Notes: generated from the letters alone by a model not told the origin. 64,000 bases of DNA from Oscillospiraceae bacterium (GCA_015067925.1 SVLN01000003.1:36058-100057); one strand, 5' to 3'. Shown: positions 42,260-51,840, counted from the stretch's first letter. Numbers and translations are program-made.

Positions 42260-43609
42260 TCATTGCGTCAATTTTTTGACCCACTTGTAGCTGTTGGTCC
42301 GAATGGCCGCAGCGCCACACTTGAACACCTGGTCAGCGTTGAGGCAGGCCACTACCACCACCGGCGGCAAATGAAGCACAAACGCCGCAATGGCAGAACA
42401 CGGCAGAACAATGCCCCAGATGCTGATCAGATCGTTGATGAGCACAAAACGCGTATCTCCGCCGCCGCGGATAATTCCCGTCAGGCAGGGCATCTGATAG
42501 CTCATGCCAAAACCTGTCACGCACAGCACCAACAGGAAGCTGTTGGCCAGTGCTCTGGTCTCTTCCGAGAGATTATAAAGATCCAGCACCGGTCCGCGCA
42601 GGAAGAACAGGCCCACGGAAATGCATGCGCCGATGGAAAGGAACAGCGCCTGCAGCGTTCTGGTGTACTGCTTGATGGTCTTCATGCCGGAATCGGCACC
42701 GATTGCTTTGCCGATGATGATGGAGGCCGCGGACGCCGCACCCACGGAACCAACCTTCAACGTCAGATACAAGGTCGACGCCATGGAGTTTGCCGCAATG
42801 GCATTGGCGGTCATGTGGCCCAGAATCACCGTCTGCAGCGCATTGGATGCACCCCAAAGGCCGGCTGTGATGATCGCCGGCGTGCCTACACGAACGTAAT
42901 CCTTTGCCAGCGAGCGGTCGAATACCAGATAGTGCTTCCACTTGAGCTGAAGCTTGCGATCCTTGAAGGCAATATAACTCACAACGATCACCAGTTCCAT
43001 GCAGCGGGCCACCAGCGTACCGATGGCTGCACCCATAACGCCCAGCTCCGGTGCTCCAAAATGGCCATAGATCAGCACATAGTTGATGCCGCAGTTGAGC
43101 AGCAGCGTCGAGATGGAAACAAGCAGCGCAACCTTTACCGTTTCCACGCTGCGCAGCGTCGCCAGAAGCACCGTTGTCATGGCAAAGACAGGGTATGTAA
43201 AGCGGATCAGCTTTAAGTATCTTACGCCCTCGGCAGCAATGGCAGCATCGTTGGTAAACAGTTTGAGGGTTCCGTTTGGGAAAACACTCACCAGCACAAA
43301 GAGCGTCAGGGCGATCCCCAGGCCAATGCGCACGCCGATGGATGAGATCCTGCGAATGGGGTCCATCCGTTTCTGGCCCCAGTACTGGCTGGCCAGCACC
43401 ACAACCACATCGCCCACGGCATTGACAATCTGCTGCAGAATAAACTGGATCTGGTTCACCGCTGCCACACCGGAGAGAGAAATCTCAGAGTAGCCGCCGA
43501 TCATCACATTGTCAGCCAGATTGACGCCCAGCACAATAATGTTCTGCAGAACCAGCGTTCCGCAGAGGGTGAAGAAAGTTTTATAGAACGATCGATCTCT
43601 TGTAAACAT
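42260..43609 (-). CDS. MATE-family efflux transporter
   Basis: About 12 TM segments. N-terminus FYKTFFTLCGTLVLQNIIVLGVNLADNVMIG is typical of MATE. Confidence 0.85.
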   Translation of the reverse strand: MFTRDRSFYKTFFTLCGTLVLQNIIVLGVNLADNVMIGGYSEISLSGVAAVNQIQFILQQIVNAVGDVVVVLASQYWGQKRMDPIRRISSIGVRIGLGIALTLFVLVSVFPNGTLKLFTNDAAIAAEGVRYLKLIRFTYPVFAMTTVLLATLRSVETVKVALLVSISTLLLNCGINYVLIYGHFGAPELGVMGAAIGTLVARCMELVIVVSYIAFKDRKLQLKWKHYLVFDRSLAKDYVRVGTPAIITAGLWGASNALQTVILGHMTANAIAANSMASTLYLTLKVGSVGAASAASIIIGKAIGADSGMKTIKQYTRTLQALFLSIGACISVGLFFLRGPVLDLYNLSEETRALANSFLLVLCVTGFGMSYQMPCLTGIIRGGGDTRFVLINDLISIWGIVLPCSAIAAFVLHLPPVVVVACLNADQVFKCGAAAIRTNSYKWVKKLTQ

Positions 43610-43622
43610 CTTTTTTCCATCC

Positions 43623-43657
43623 AAAAAGAAAATCTGCACCACTTTGGGTGCAGATTT
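43623..43657 (-). terminator. Rho-independent terminator after spoIVA
   Basis: On the minus strand, AAATCTGCACC-caaagt-GGTGCAGATTT followed by TCTTTTT. Confidence 0.7.
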
Positions 43658-43686
43658 ACTATAAGTACTTTTTGGAAAAATGTCAA

Positions 43687-45174
43687 TCAGAAGATGATGC
43701 AGATCAACCCGCCTGAGCCCTCGTTTACCATACGCGACAGAGCCGTCTGCAATTTTGTTCTTGTGTTGTCCGGAAGGCGCTTGAGTTTACCGGACAGGCC
43801 TTCGCTCACCAGTTCGTACAAGGACTTTCCGAACAGATTCGACTCCCAAAGCTTCTGGGTATCCCCCTCATACTCGGAAAGCAGGTAATGTACCAGTTCC
43901 TCTGACTGCTTCTCATCCCCCACGATGGGGCAGATCTCCGTCTGCACATCGGCGCGCATCATATGAATGGACGGCGCGCTGGCCCGCAGCCGAATGGCAT
44001 AGTTGCCGCTGCGCTTGACAATTTCCGGCACCTGCAGCTGAAGCTGATCCTGCCGGGGCAGCACCACGCCGTAGCCGGTTTGTTTTACCTGCTCCAACGC
44101 CTCGGCCACGCCGTCGTACTCCTGCTTGATGACCGCCATCTCCCCCAACAGGTTCAGAAGATCCGCATCATCCGAAATGGAGAATCCAGATCGTTCGCTC
44201 AGCACTTCGTAAAAAAGCTCCTCCGGCATTCCCAGGGCGCAGCAGAGCATGCCGCTGCCCAGATCGACTTCCCGAATCATCACATTCTCCACGGTATCAA
44301 GCTGGCGCAGTACCGAAAGGGCCGGTTCCGCCTGCGCAATTTTCTCGATCCCTTCCGCCTGACGACGGATGGCATCGTAGAGAGCCACTTTCATGGGGTG
44401 CTGGGGCTCAATGGCCCCAAACCATCGGGGCATGAAGATCCGCAGTTGTTTTAAGGGAAATTCATAGAGCACCGCGGTCAGCAGACCGATGACCTCCTGT
44501 TCCTGCAAGGTCAGGCAGTTGACCACCGCACAGTTGACTCCGTAGCGCTCCTCCAACTGCTGCCAGAGCGTCTGCGCCACTTCTCCGTCAGGATCGGCGG
44601 AGTTGATCACCACCAAAAACGGTTTGCCCGTGGCCTTCATATCCTCAATGGCCCGGGCCTCGGCGTTCACATAGTCCTGCCTGGGGATGTCGGTGATGGT
44701 GCCGTCCGTGGTCATCACAATGCCTATGGTGCAATGCTCTTTCATCACCTTCTTCGTTCCCAACTCTGCAGCCTCAGTCATGGGGATTGCCTCCTCCGCC
44801 CACGGCGTGGTGACCATGCGTTCTACCCCGTTTTCATCCGCCGCGCCCACCGCGCCGGGGATCATATATCCCACAGAGTCGATCAGCCGCACACAGAGCT
44901 TTGATATGCCGTCCGGGCAGATCTCCACCGCTTCCTCCGGCACAAATTTTGGCTCCGAGGTCATAATCATCTTTCCGGATCCACTCTGGGGAAGCTCATC
45001 CCGAGCGCGTTCCCGACGGTAGGTGTTCTCAATGTTCGGGATCACCAGCTGCTCCATAAACCGCTTGATAAAGGTGGATTTTCCCGTCCGGACCGGCCCC
45101 ACCACACCGATATAGACGTTGCCGTCTGTCCGAAGCGCGATCTGCTCGTAGATCGTCCGTTCCGCCACGTCCAT
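43687..45174 (-). CDS. spoIVA: Stage IV sporulation protein A (coat morphogenetic ATPase)
   Basis: Motifs IYEQIALRTDGNVYIGVVGPVRTGKSTFIKRFM (Walker A) and ELPQSGSGKMIMTSEPKFVP. ATG 45174 lies only 1 nt after GGAGGA, so the GTG at 45168 may be the true start. Confidence 0.95.
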   Translation of the reverse strand: MDVAERTIYEQIALRTDGNVYIGVVGPVRTGKSTFIKRFMEQLVIPNIENTYRRERARDELPQSGSGKMIMTSEPKFVPEEAVEICPDGISKLCVRLIDSVGYMIPGAVGAADENGVERMVTTPWAEEAIPMTEAAELGTKKVMKEHCTIGIVMTTDGTITDIPRQDYVNAEARAIEDMKATGKPFLVVINSADPDGEVAQTLWQQLEERYGVNCAVVNCLTLQEQEVIGLLTAVLYEFPLKQLRIFMPRWFGAIEPQHPMKVALYDAIRRQAEGIEKIAQAEPALSVLRQLDTVENVMIREVDLGSGMLCCALGMPEELFYEVLSERSGFSISDDADLLNLLGEMAVIKQEYDGVAEALEQVKQTGYGVVLPRQDQLQLQVPEIVKRSGNYAIRLRASAPSIHMMRADVQTEICPIVGDEKQSEELVHYLLSEYEGDTQKLWESNLFGKSLYELVSEGLSGKLKRLPDNTRTKLQTALSRMVNEGSGGLICIIF

Positions 45175-45235
45175 TCCTCCTTATTGATTACATGTCCTAT
45201 ACTTATGGCAGCACAGGACAAAGTATTCCTATGCA

Positions 45236-45271
45236 AAAAGCCGTGGACGCAACAATGCATCCACGGCTTTT
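45236..45271 (-). terminator. Hairpin terminator between the SipL-like gene and spoIVA
   Basis: On the minus strand, AAAAGCCGTGGATGC-attgtt-GCGTCCACGGCTTTTT (one G.U pair). Confidence 0.65.
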
Positions 45272-45272
45272 C

Positions 45273-46772
45273 TCAGTGCAGCGGAATCAAAAGTAGTGTA
45301 CCCGAGAGGACCTCCTCTTCCTGCAAATGGTTTACCTCCATCAGTTCTGCCACCGATGCACTGCAGCCCTTGGCCACGCTCCAAAGGCTTTGGCCTTCTT
45401 CCATTCTGCAAACAATCATGGTCGGACGTTCCTTCTCCTTCTCCTGCACCACCCGTTGGGCCGCGCTGACACAATCCAGGCTCTGTTCCCGCAGAGTATC
45501 CACCGAGAGCATTGCGTTGCAGCGCACCTCCACGCCCCCGGATACTGGTGCAGCATACACATCACTCACGGCAGCCGTTGTGTAATAACTGCAATTCTCC
45601 GAACCGTTCAGGCTGAATTCCACGTTAAGGCGTTCGTTCGCTTCCTGGAGCGCGTCGGATGCGTCTCGAATCAGAAGCTGCACCCGCAGCGGCAGCGTGA
45701 AAACAACTTCCTCCCCTTTTCTCGTCTGCTGCGGTGCCTCGCAAAACACCTGCACCCGCTCTACCTGCTCCGCGGGCGCGGATACGGTCTTGCGAAGCTG
45801 CTGCTGCAAGACCCGCTGATCCAGATACGCCTTCACAGGGATCTGCACCCAATTCGGCACGATATGATCCTTTGTGCTGTAGAGATCTTCCAGAAGCTCC
45901 ATCTGCTCATAGTTGTCTGCCCTGGTTTGGCACAGCAGCGCCAGATTGATATAGAGCCTTCTTCCGCCCTCTCCGATCTGCAGATCCCGTCCCGTGGTGC
46001 ACAGGCGTACGGAAGGAATCATGCCTTCCACATCCCGGTTCATCTCCACATACTGCGTCACCGGAATGCTCAGGCTGCACTGATTCAGGCTGCCGTCCTC
46101 CGCCTGGTAGAGCACCTGTACATTCAATTCGCCCCGGAACGCCACCCGGGATCCGATGGCCTTACATTCATGTACCCGCATGGAGGCTGTCCAATCCAGA
46201 GCGGTGTGCAGATTGGGCAGTCCCTGGGGGACTTCTGCCTCTTCTTTGATCGTGATGCTCCGCTCCACCAGATCCATGGTGCGCAAAACATTGTAACGAT
46301 TGGTTCTTAACTGAAGATCCTGCGTCTGTTCCTTGAGCATGGGGATCTGCATCGTCGTTTTCTCCCACGCGCTCAAGTCGGAGCAAAGCTCCACCCGCAT
46401 CATCGCCTTGCGGCTGTTGAGCATGCGTGCATTGACGCTTTTGATCCAACCCGAATACTCGGCAAAACTGTTCTGCGTCAGCGCATCATCTTCCAGCTTC
46501 ATAGAGAACGGGATGCTGCACTCCATTCTGCGCGGCTGCTGCTCTCCTTCTGCCACAAACAACAGGCCCGCCTGCACCGAGCCGGAAACGTGGATGCTGC
46601 CGGCTCGGCATTCCTTGCTGCGCAGCAGAATCTGAGCCCAGCTGTCCACGATTCGTTCCATGTCCGGAAAGCTGTCCGGAACGATCAGTTCTGCCGTTTC
46701 CTCCTGTGTCAATAACTTGCGCGAGATCAATTCCCAGAACGCGAGAGACTTTGTATCAAACATCAGCTCCAT
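45273..46772 (-). CDS. SipL/SpoVID-like coat morphogenetic protein (DUF3794/SPOCS-type repeats + C-terminal LysM)
   Basis: N-terminus ...AELIVPDSFPDMERIVDSWAQILLRSKECRAGSIHVSGSVQAGLLF (DUF3794 pattern). C-terminus ...MEEGQSLWSVAKGCSASVAELMEVNHL...GTLLLIP (LysM). Adjacent to spoIVA. Confidence 0.75.
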   Translation of the reverse strand: MELMFDTKSLAFWELISRKLLTQEETAELIVPDSFPDMERIVDSWAQILLRSKECRAGSIHVSGSVQAGLLFVAEGEQQPRRMECSIPFSMKLEDDALTQNSFAEYSGWIKSVNARMLNSRKAMMRVELCSDLSAWEKTTMQIPMLKEQTQDLQLRTNRYNVLRTMDLVERSITIKEEAEVPQGLPNLHTALDWTASMRVHECKAIGSRVAFRGELNVQVLYQAEDGSLNQCSLSIPVTQYVEMNRDVEGMIPSVRLCTTGRDLQIGEGGRRLYINLALLCQTRADNYEQMELLEDLYSTKDHIVPNWVQIPVKAYLDQRVLQQQLRKTVSAPAEQVERVQVFCEAPQQTRKGEEVVFTLPLRVQLLIRDASDALQEANERLNVEFSLNGSENCSYYTTAAVSDVYAAPVSGGVEVRCNAMLSVDTLREQSLDCVSAAQRVVQEKEKERPTMIVCRMEEGQSLWSVAKGCSASVAELMEVNHLQEEEVLSGTLLLIPLH

Positions 46773-46829
46773 TGCACTGCCTCCTTCATGGTTCTGAGAA
46801 TATATACGCAGCTCTGGACAAGGATATGC

Positions 46830-46898
46830 TTATGCCTTGAAAAATCGTTTCAGAATTTTCCCCAGAAACTTTGGGGAACGCAGGACAATGATCCGCAT
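46830..46898 (-). CDS. spoVM: Stage V sporulation protein M (22-aa amphipathic peptide), absent from the ORF track
   Basis: MRIIVLRSPKFLGKILKRFFKA compared with B. subtilis SpoVM MKFYTIKLPKFLGGIVRAMLGSFRKD. They share M, a basic residue at position 2, the PKFLG core and Pro9. AAGGAGGAGG lies 6 nt upstream of the ATG. Confidence 0.8.
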   Translation of the reverse strand: MRIIVLRSPKFLGKILKRFFKA

Positions 46899-46911
46899 GA
46901 AAGCCTCCTCC

Positions 46912-47061
46912 TTATCGCAATCTTCCCACCATAATGCCACAGAGGATCAGGCCGATCCCCAACAGCACACTTAAACCTCCGGTTCCCAGCAGAACAGCAA
47001 GGATCATCCCCACGCCTGCGGTAACCAACGCTGCTCCACATAACACAGAGCGTCTGCACAT
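46912..47061 (-). CDS. Putative small membrane protein (49 aa, two hydrophobic segments)
   Basis: MCRRSVLCGAALVTAGVGMILAVLLGTGGLSVLLGIGLILCGIMVGRLR. The stop overlaps the spoVM SD. The upstream part of the ORF-track ORF is occupied by a hairpin. The ribosome-binding site is weak. Confidence 0.4.
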   Translation of the reverse strand: MCRRSVLCGAALVTAGVGMILAVLLGTGGLSVLLGIGLILCGIMVGRLR

Positions 47062-47070
47062 AAATGAACC

Positions 47071-47100
47071 GCCCCCTTGCCACAGTATACGCAAGGGGGC
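47071..47100 (-). other. 10-bp GC-rich hairpin after rsgA (possible terminator or attenuator, no clean T tract)
   Basis: GCCCCCTTGC-10 nt-GCAAGGGGGC. Confidence 0.5.
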
Positions 47101-47111
47101 GGTAAAGTGTG

Positions 47112-47996
47112 TTATTTGGTTTCCTTTTTTCTCATCCAATCCGGGATCTGGCTGGCTTTTTCATAGAGCCTGCGGTAGCTTTCGTGGCGGGTGGGCTGGA
47201 TCAATCCGTCCTCCAGGGCCTGCAGCACCGCGCAGCCGGGCTCTTTCAAATGGGCACAGTCGCGGAACTGACACTGTCCCAGGTAGGGCGCAAAGTCCGA
47301 GAATGCATACTGCAGATTCTCCCGCAGAATCGCTTCCATCTGGTCGGTATCAAAGGCTGAAAAGCCCGGGGTATCCGCACACAGCGTGCCGTTTCCCAAG
47401 TCGAGCAGCTCCACATGGCGAGTGGTATGCCGGCCGCGGCCCAACTTTTCGGAAACGTCGCCCACGGGCAGCTGCAAGTTCGGCTGCAGCGCATTGAGCA
47501 CGCTGCTCTTGCCCACACCGGAGTTACCGGTAAAAGCGCAGAGCTTGCCGGCAATGGCCTGCCGCAATGCATCAATGCCCTCGCCTGTGCTGGCGCTGGT
47601 GCGAATTACGGCGAAGCCGGCCTTTTCATAGATTTCAGACAGAGGATCTTCCGTCTGCAGGTCCTGCTTATTCACGCAGATCAGCACCGGAACACCCTGG
47701 TCACCGGCAATGGCAGCCACGCGGTCGATCAGATACGGCTCCGTCACCGGGATCACATTGGCAGCAAAGATTACCAGCAGATCGAGATTCGCCACCGGCG
47801 GGCGGACAAAGCTGTTTCTGCGGCTCAGGATCTGCTCCACCATCTTCTCTTGTTCCGAAATCTGCACACTATCGCCCACCAGAGGGGTCATCCCCTCTTT
47901 TCTCAGGCGGCCGCGGATTTTACAGGTGATCACGCCCGCATCGGTCTGCACATCACAAAAACCGCTGAGCGCTTTGATGATTCTTCCTTCCGTCAT
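47112..47996 (-). CDS. rsgA: Ribosome small-subunit-dependent GTPase A
   Basis: N-terminal OB fold, circularly permuted GTPase motifs (VNKQDL, GNSGVGKSS), and a C-terminal zinc motif CQFRDCAHLKEPGC. Confidence 0.95.
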   Translation of the reverse strand: MTEGRIIKALSGFCDVQTDAGVITCKIRGRLRKEGMTPLVGDSVQISEQEKMVEQILSRRNSFVRPPVANLDLLVIFAANVIPVTEPYLIDRVAAIAGDQGVPVLICVNKQDLQTEDPLSEIYEKAGFAVIRTSASTGEGIDALRQAIAGKLCAFTGNSGVGKSSVLNALQPNLQLPVGDVSEKLGRGRHTTRHVELLDLGNGTLCADTPGFSAFDTDQMEAILRENLQYAFSDFAPYLGQCQFRDCAHLKEPGCAVLQALEDGLIQPTRHESYRRLYEKASQIPDWMRKKETK

Positions 47997-50017
47997 TGCT
48001 GCCCCGCTTCAAAGTCCACAGTAGTAAAGTAGATTCTCGCGCCGTTCACAAACACATCAAACTCCATGGAGCCGGTGCCGTACACGGCAATCTGAATGGT
48101 GCGATTCTCCAGATCGACCACGAAGGCATTTCCGTAACTCTTTCCGTTGCATTGCAGGGTCACGGAAACCGTACCGACGCCCACCGGCATCGTCACATCA
48201 ATGGTCTGGCGTTTGTATTCCTCCGGATTTGGATTACCCTGGTCAAACAGCGGCAGTGCATCCGGCACCTCCGGATCCTGTCCGGGCTGCTGGGTATTGT
48301 TGTCCGGTTCCTGTGGCTTCTCATCACCGGAGCCAGGCTTCCCGCCCGCGGAAGGCGTATCGTTCTGCACCGAATCCATGCCCAGAGAGACCCGCAGATT
48401 AATCATGGTGGTTTTCTTCACCAGAACGCCGGATTCCGTGCTCTGATAAATGACACAATTGCGATCAGCTTCGCTGGTCTCATAGGTTACTGCACCACGA
48501 ACCAAGCCCGCTTCTTCAATCATGCGCAGCGCATCATCAATAGGGCGTCCAACAAGATCAGGAACTTCCACCAGTTCCACTTCCACACCCATACTGACGA
48601 TCAGCGTAACAGTATCGCCATACTCGAGGGGTTCGCCGTATTTGGGCTCAGAGTCAATGATCTGGTTGCTGACATAGACATCACTGTATTTCTGTTCAAT
48701 CTGCACCTTCAGACCCAGCTGCATATCCCGCAGCAGTTTCTCGGCTGCCGATTGATTCATGTTCACAACCTGAGGCATGATGTTCTGCATCTGGCCCTGG
48801 CTGACTGTCACCTCAATGGTAGCGCCTTGTTTGACTTTCTTGCCCTTCGCAGGATCCTGACGGATCACATAGCCGTATTCGACCGTGTCGGAATCCGTCC
48901 ACTTCTCTATCACGATGTTAAAATCAGCGTACTTTTCATCTGTCAGGCTCGTATAATACGCGCCGCTCAGGTCGGGTACTGTCAGTTCCGCAGACGAGGT
49001 AAACAGATCCTTGAGAATATAGCTGTAAAGGAAATAGCCGATCCCCACAAAGGCCAGCAGCATAAAAATCGCAATCATGATTGTCGTGGTATGGGAATTT
49101 TTGGCAGGTACTTCTTCCTCTGTCTTCGGAATCGGGGCCGTTTCCTCCGTCTTGGCAGCAGGATTCACCAACCGATAGCCGAAAGAGACCTTCTGATCCT
49201 GTCGGAACGCCTCGAGATCGGCAAGCATCTGATCGGCAGATGCATATCTGGCATCCAGATCACCGCTCATGGCCCGCAGAACAATCTGTTCCAGGCCGAT
49301 CGGGATCTCCGGATTGAGTTCCGTGGGTCGCTTGAGATTTCCGCTGATGTGCTGAATCGCGACGCTGACCGCAGAGTCGCCCTCATAAGGCAGCTTGCCG
49401 GTAAGCATCTCATAGAGCACCACACCCAGAGAGTACAAATCGGTTCTCTGATCCACTCTGCCACCCTTGGCCTGCTCCGGAGAGATGTAGTGTACCGAGC
49501 CCAGGGTCTCTCTGGTCAGCGTATTCTGGGCAGAGAGCACACGGGCAATACCAAAATCGGCAACCTTAATGCTTCCGTCCTTAAGCACCATCACGTTGTG
49601 GGGTTTGATGTCCCTGTGGACGATTCCACGGCTGTGGGCGTGGGAAAGGGCGCTGGCGATCTGCATGGTAAAGTGCAGCGCCTCACGCCAGGATAGAACG
49701 CCCTTCTTCTGCATGTATTGCTTCAGGGTAATTCCATCGATCAGCTCCATGACAATATAGTCCGTATCGTCAGAGCTGGAAACATCGTAAACGCTTACAA
49801 TATTCGGGTGCGAGAGCATGGCAACCGCCTGAGATTCCACCTGGAATCTGCGGTGCAGCTCCGCATCCTGACCAAAATCGTGCTTCAAGATCTTGATGGC
49901 GACCGGTCGATTCAAGCGGTGACAAAGGGCCTTGTAAACAACAGCCATGCCGCCGGAACCGATCATTTCCAGGATCTCGTAGCGATGATCGAGCATCTTT
50001 CCTATGTAATTATCCAT
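47993..50017 (-). CDS. prkC: Ser/Thr protein kinase with PASTA repeats
   Basis: Hanks kinase motifs (GSGGMAVVYKA, HRDIKPHN, DFGIA), a TM segment, and PASTA-like repeats in the extracellular part. Confidence 0.95.
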   Translation of the reverse strand: MDNYIGKMLDHRYEILEMIGSGGMAVVYKALCHRLNRPVAIKILKHDFGQDAELHRRFQVESQAVAMLSHPNIVSVYDVSSSDDTDYIVMELIDGITLKQYMQKKGVLSWREALHFTMQIASALSHAHSRGIVHRDIKPHNVMVLKDGSIKVADFGIARVLSAQNTLTRETLGSVHYISPEQAKGGRVDQRTDLYSLGVVLYEMLTGKLPYEGDSAVSVAIQHISGNLKRPTELNPEIPIGLEQIVLRAMSGDLDARYASADQMLADLEAFRQDQKVSFGYRLVNPAAKTEETAPIPKTEEEVPAKNSHTTTIMIAIFMLLAFVGIGYFLYSYILKDLFTSSAELTVPDLSGAYYTSLTDEKYADFNIVIEKWTDSDTVEYGYVIRQDPAKGKKVKQGATIEVTVSQGQMQNIMPQVVNMNQSAAEKLLRDMQLGLKVQIEQKYSDVYVSNQIIDSEPKYGEPLEYGDTVTLIVSMGVEVELVEVPDLVGRPIDDALRMIEEAGLVRGAVTYETSEADRNCVIYQSTESGVLVKKTTMINLRVSLGMDSVQNDTPSAGGKPGSGDEKPQEPDNNTQQPGQDPEVPDALPLFDQGNPNPEEYKRQTIDVTMPVGVGTVSVTLQCNGKSYGNAFVVDLENRTIQIAVYGTGSMEFDVFVNGARIYFTTVDFEAGQQ

Positions 50018-50061
50018 ATTCAGTGCCCTCCTTTTCTCTTCTTCGAAACTCCTGTAGGTCG

Positions 50062-50790
50062 TTAAGTTTCATCGTATGCCAGAATCATGGTAACATTATC
50101 CGGCGCGCCGCGGCTCAGGGCGATCTGCAGAAGGCGTTCGCCGCAGTCTTCATAGCTGGTTCCGTGGGCCACTTCAAACAGCAACTCCTGATCGGCCAGC
50201 TGGTTGGAAAGACCATCAGAACATAGTACATACGCATCGCCCTGCGTATGCTGGCGGGTAAACACATCGCTCTGCACAGAAGCATCGGTGCCCACCGCCC
50301 GGGTAATCATATTCTTTCCCGGGTAATGTTTTGCCTGCTCGCTGGTGATCTCCCCACGCTGGACCATCAGTTCCACCACGGAGTGATCCACCGTCAGGCA
50401 CTCAATTCCCGCTTCACCCACGGCGTACACGCGGCTGTCACCCACATTGACCACACACACATCCTTATCCCAGATGCCAATAGCGGTCAGGGTCGTGCCC
50501 ATACCACGGTAGGAAGGATCCGTCGCCGCCTTTTCATAAACCGCGCGGTTGGCTTCTTCCACGGCCTTGAGCATCAGTTTCTTCATTTGCGACGCACTTT
50601 TTAGGTGCACTTTCAGGTACTGGACAAAGGTATTGCACGCCAGGCTGCCGGCCAATGCACCGGCGTTGGCGCCGCCCATGCCGTCACAAACCACGCAGAT
50701 GAGCGCCTTATCCGAAAGCTCCAGAATCTCAAAGGAATCCTGATTTTCCTTTCGCACCATACCGCAGTGCGTCAGGCCGTATGCCTTCAT
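50062..50790 (-). CDS. stp: PP2C-family Ser/Thr phosphatase
   Basis: Motifs RKENQDSF, VCDGMGG, LCSDGL, DNVT. Confidence 0.95.
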   Translation of the reverse strand: MKAYGLTHCGMVRKENQDSFEILELSDKALICVVCDGMGGANAGALAGSLACNTFVQYLKVHLKSASQMKKLMLKAVEEANRAVYEKAATDPSYRGMGTTLTAIGIWDKDVCVVNVGDSRVYAVGEAGIECLTVDHSVVELMVQRGEITSEQAKHYPGKNMITRAVGTDASVQSDVFTRQHTQGDAYVLCSDGLSNQLADQELLFEVAHGTSYEDCGERLLQIALSRGAPDNVTMILAYDET

Positions 50791-50793
50791 GCT

Positions 50794-51840
50794 TTATCCC
50801 TCCTTGGAAGCGTCTTCCAAAACTTGTTTTCTGCGCAGCTGGCCACAGGAAGCGTCAATATCGCCGCCCAGGCTTCTGCGTACGGTTGCTGTAACACCCT
50901 TGCTCTGCAGCGTCTTCTGGAACTGCTCCACCTGCTTGCGCGTGCTCGGCTTCAGAGGGCTTTCCTCCACGTTGTTCAAGGGAATCAGATTCACATGCGC
51001 CGCCATGCCGCGCAGCTTATGCGCCAGTTCCAGCGCATCGCGTTCTGAGTCATTTACATCCCGGATCATGGCATATTCAAAGCTGATGCGCCTGCCTGTA
51101 GATGCAAAATAATGGCGACAGGCTTCCAGCAAGGTATCAACATTGTAGCTGCGGTTGACCGGCATGATGCTGGAACGCACCTCGTCATTGGGTGCGTGCA
51201 GAGACACAGACAAGGTCAGCTGCAGATTGTGCTGTTCCAGCTCCGCGATTTTCGGCACCAGGCCGCAGGTGGACAGGCTGATGTGGCGCATACCGATGTT
51301 CATGCCGTCCGGGCTGTTGACCAGTTCCAGAAACCGCAGCACCGTATCAAAATTATCCAGTGGTTCGCCAATTCCCATCAAAACGATGTTGGATATGGGT
51401 TCACCGGAATCCAGGCTGGTAAAGAGCACCTGATCGAGCATCTCTGACGGCCTCAGAGAGCGCACCAGGCCGCCCAGGGTGGATGCGCAGAACGCGCAGC
51501 CCATTCTGCAGCCTACCTGGGACGAGATGCATACGGAGTTACCATGGTGATAGCGCATCAGAACGCTTTCCACGCAGTTTCCGTCCGACAGGCGCCAGAG
51601 GTATTTGATGGTACCGTCTTTCTGAGAGACCTGCTTGCGTTCCACCTGGGGAACGGTAATCTCACAGGTCTCAGTGAGCTTCTCCCGCAGAGACTTGGAG
51701 AGATTGGTCATCTCATCAAAGCTCTTTGCGCCGCGATGCAGCCAGGTAAACACCTGCTTGGCGCGGAACGCGGGCTCGCCCATATCTTTGAACAACTGCT
51801 GCATTTCCTGCAGCGTCAGGGATTTGATATCTGTTTTCAT
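50794..51840 (-). CDS. rlmN: 23S rRNA/tRNA (adenine-C2)-methyltransferase, radical SAM
   Basis: Motifs FRAKQVFTWLH, the radical-SAM CRMGCAFCAS, and MGIGEPLDN. Confidence 0.95.
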   Translation of the reverse strand: MKTDIKSLTLQEMQQLFKDMGEPAFRAKQVFTWLHRGAKSFDEMTNLSKSLREKLTETCEITVPQVERKQVSQKDGTIKYLWRLSDGNCVESVLMRYHHGNSVCISSQVGCRMGCAFCASTLGGLVRSLRPSEMLDQVLFTSLDSGEPISNIVLMGIGEPLDNFDTVLRFLELVNSPDGMNIGMRHISLSTCGLVPKIAELEQHNLQLTLSVSLHAPNDEVRSSIMPVNRSYNVDTLLEACRHYFASTGRRISFEYAMIRDVNDSERDALELAHKLRGMAAHVNLIPLNNVEESPLKPSTRKQVEQFQKTLQSKGVTATVRRSLGGDIDASCGQLRRKQVLEDASKEG

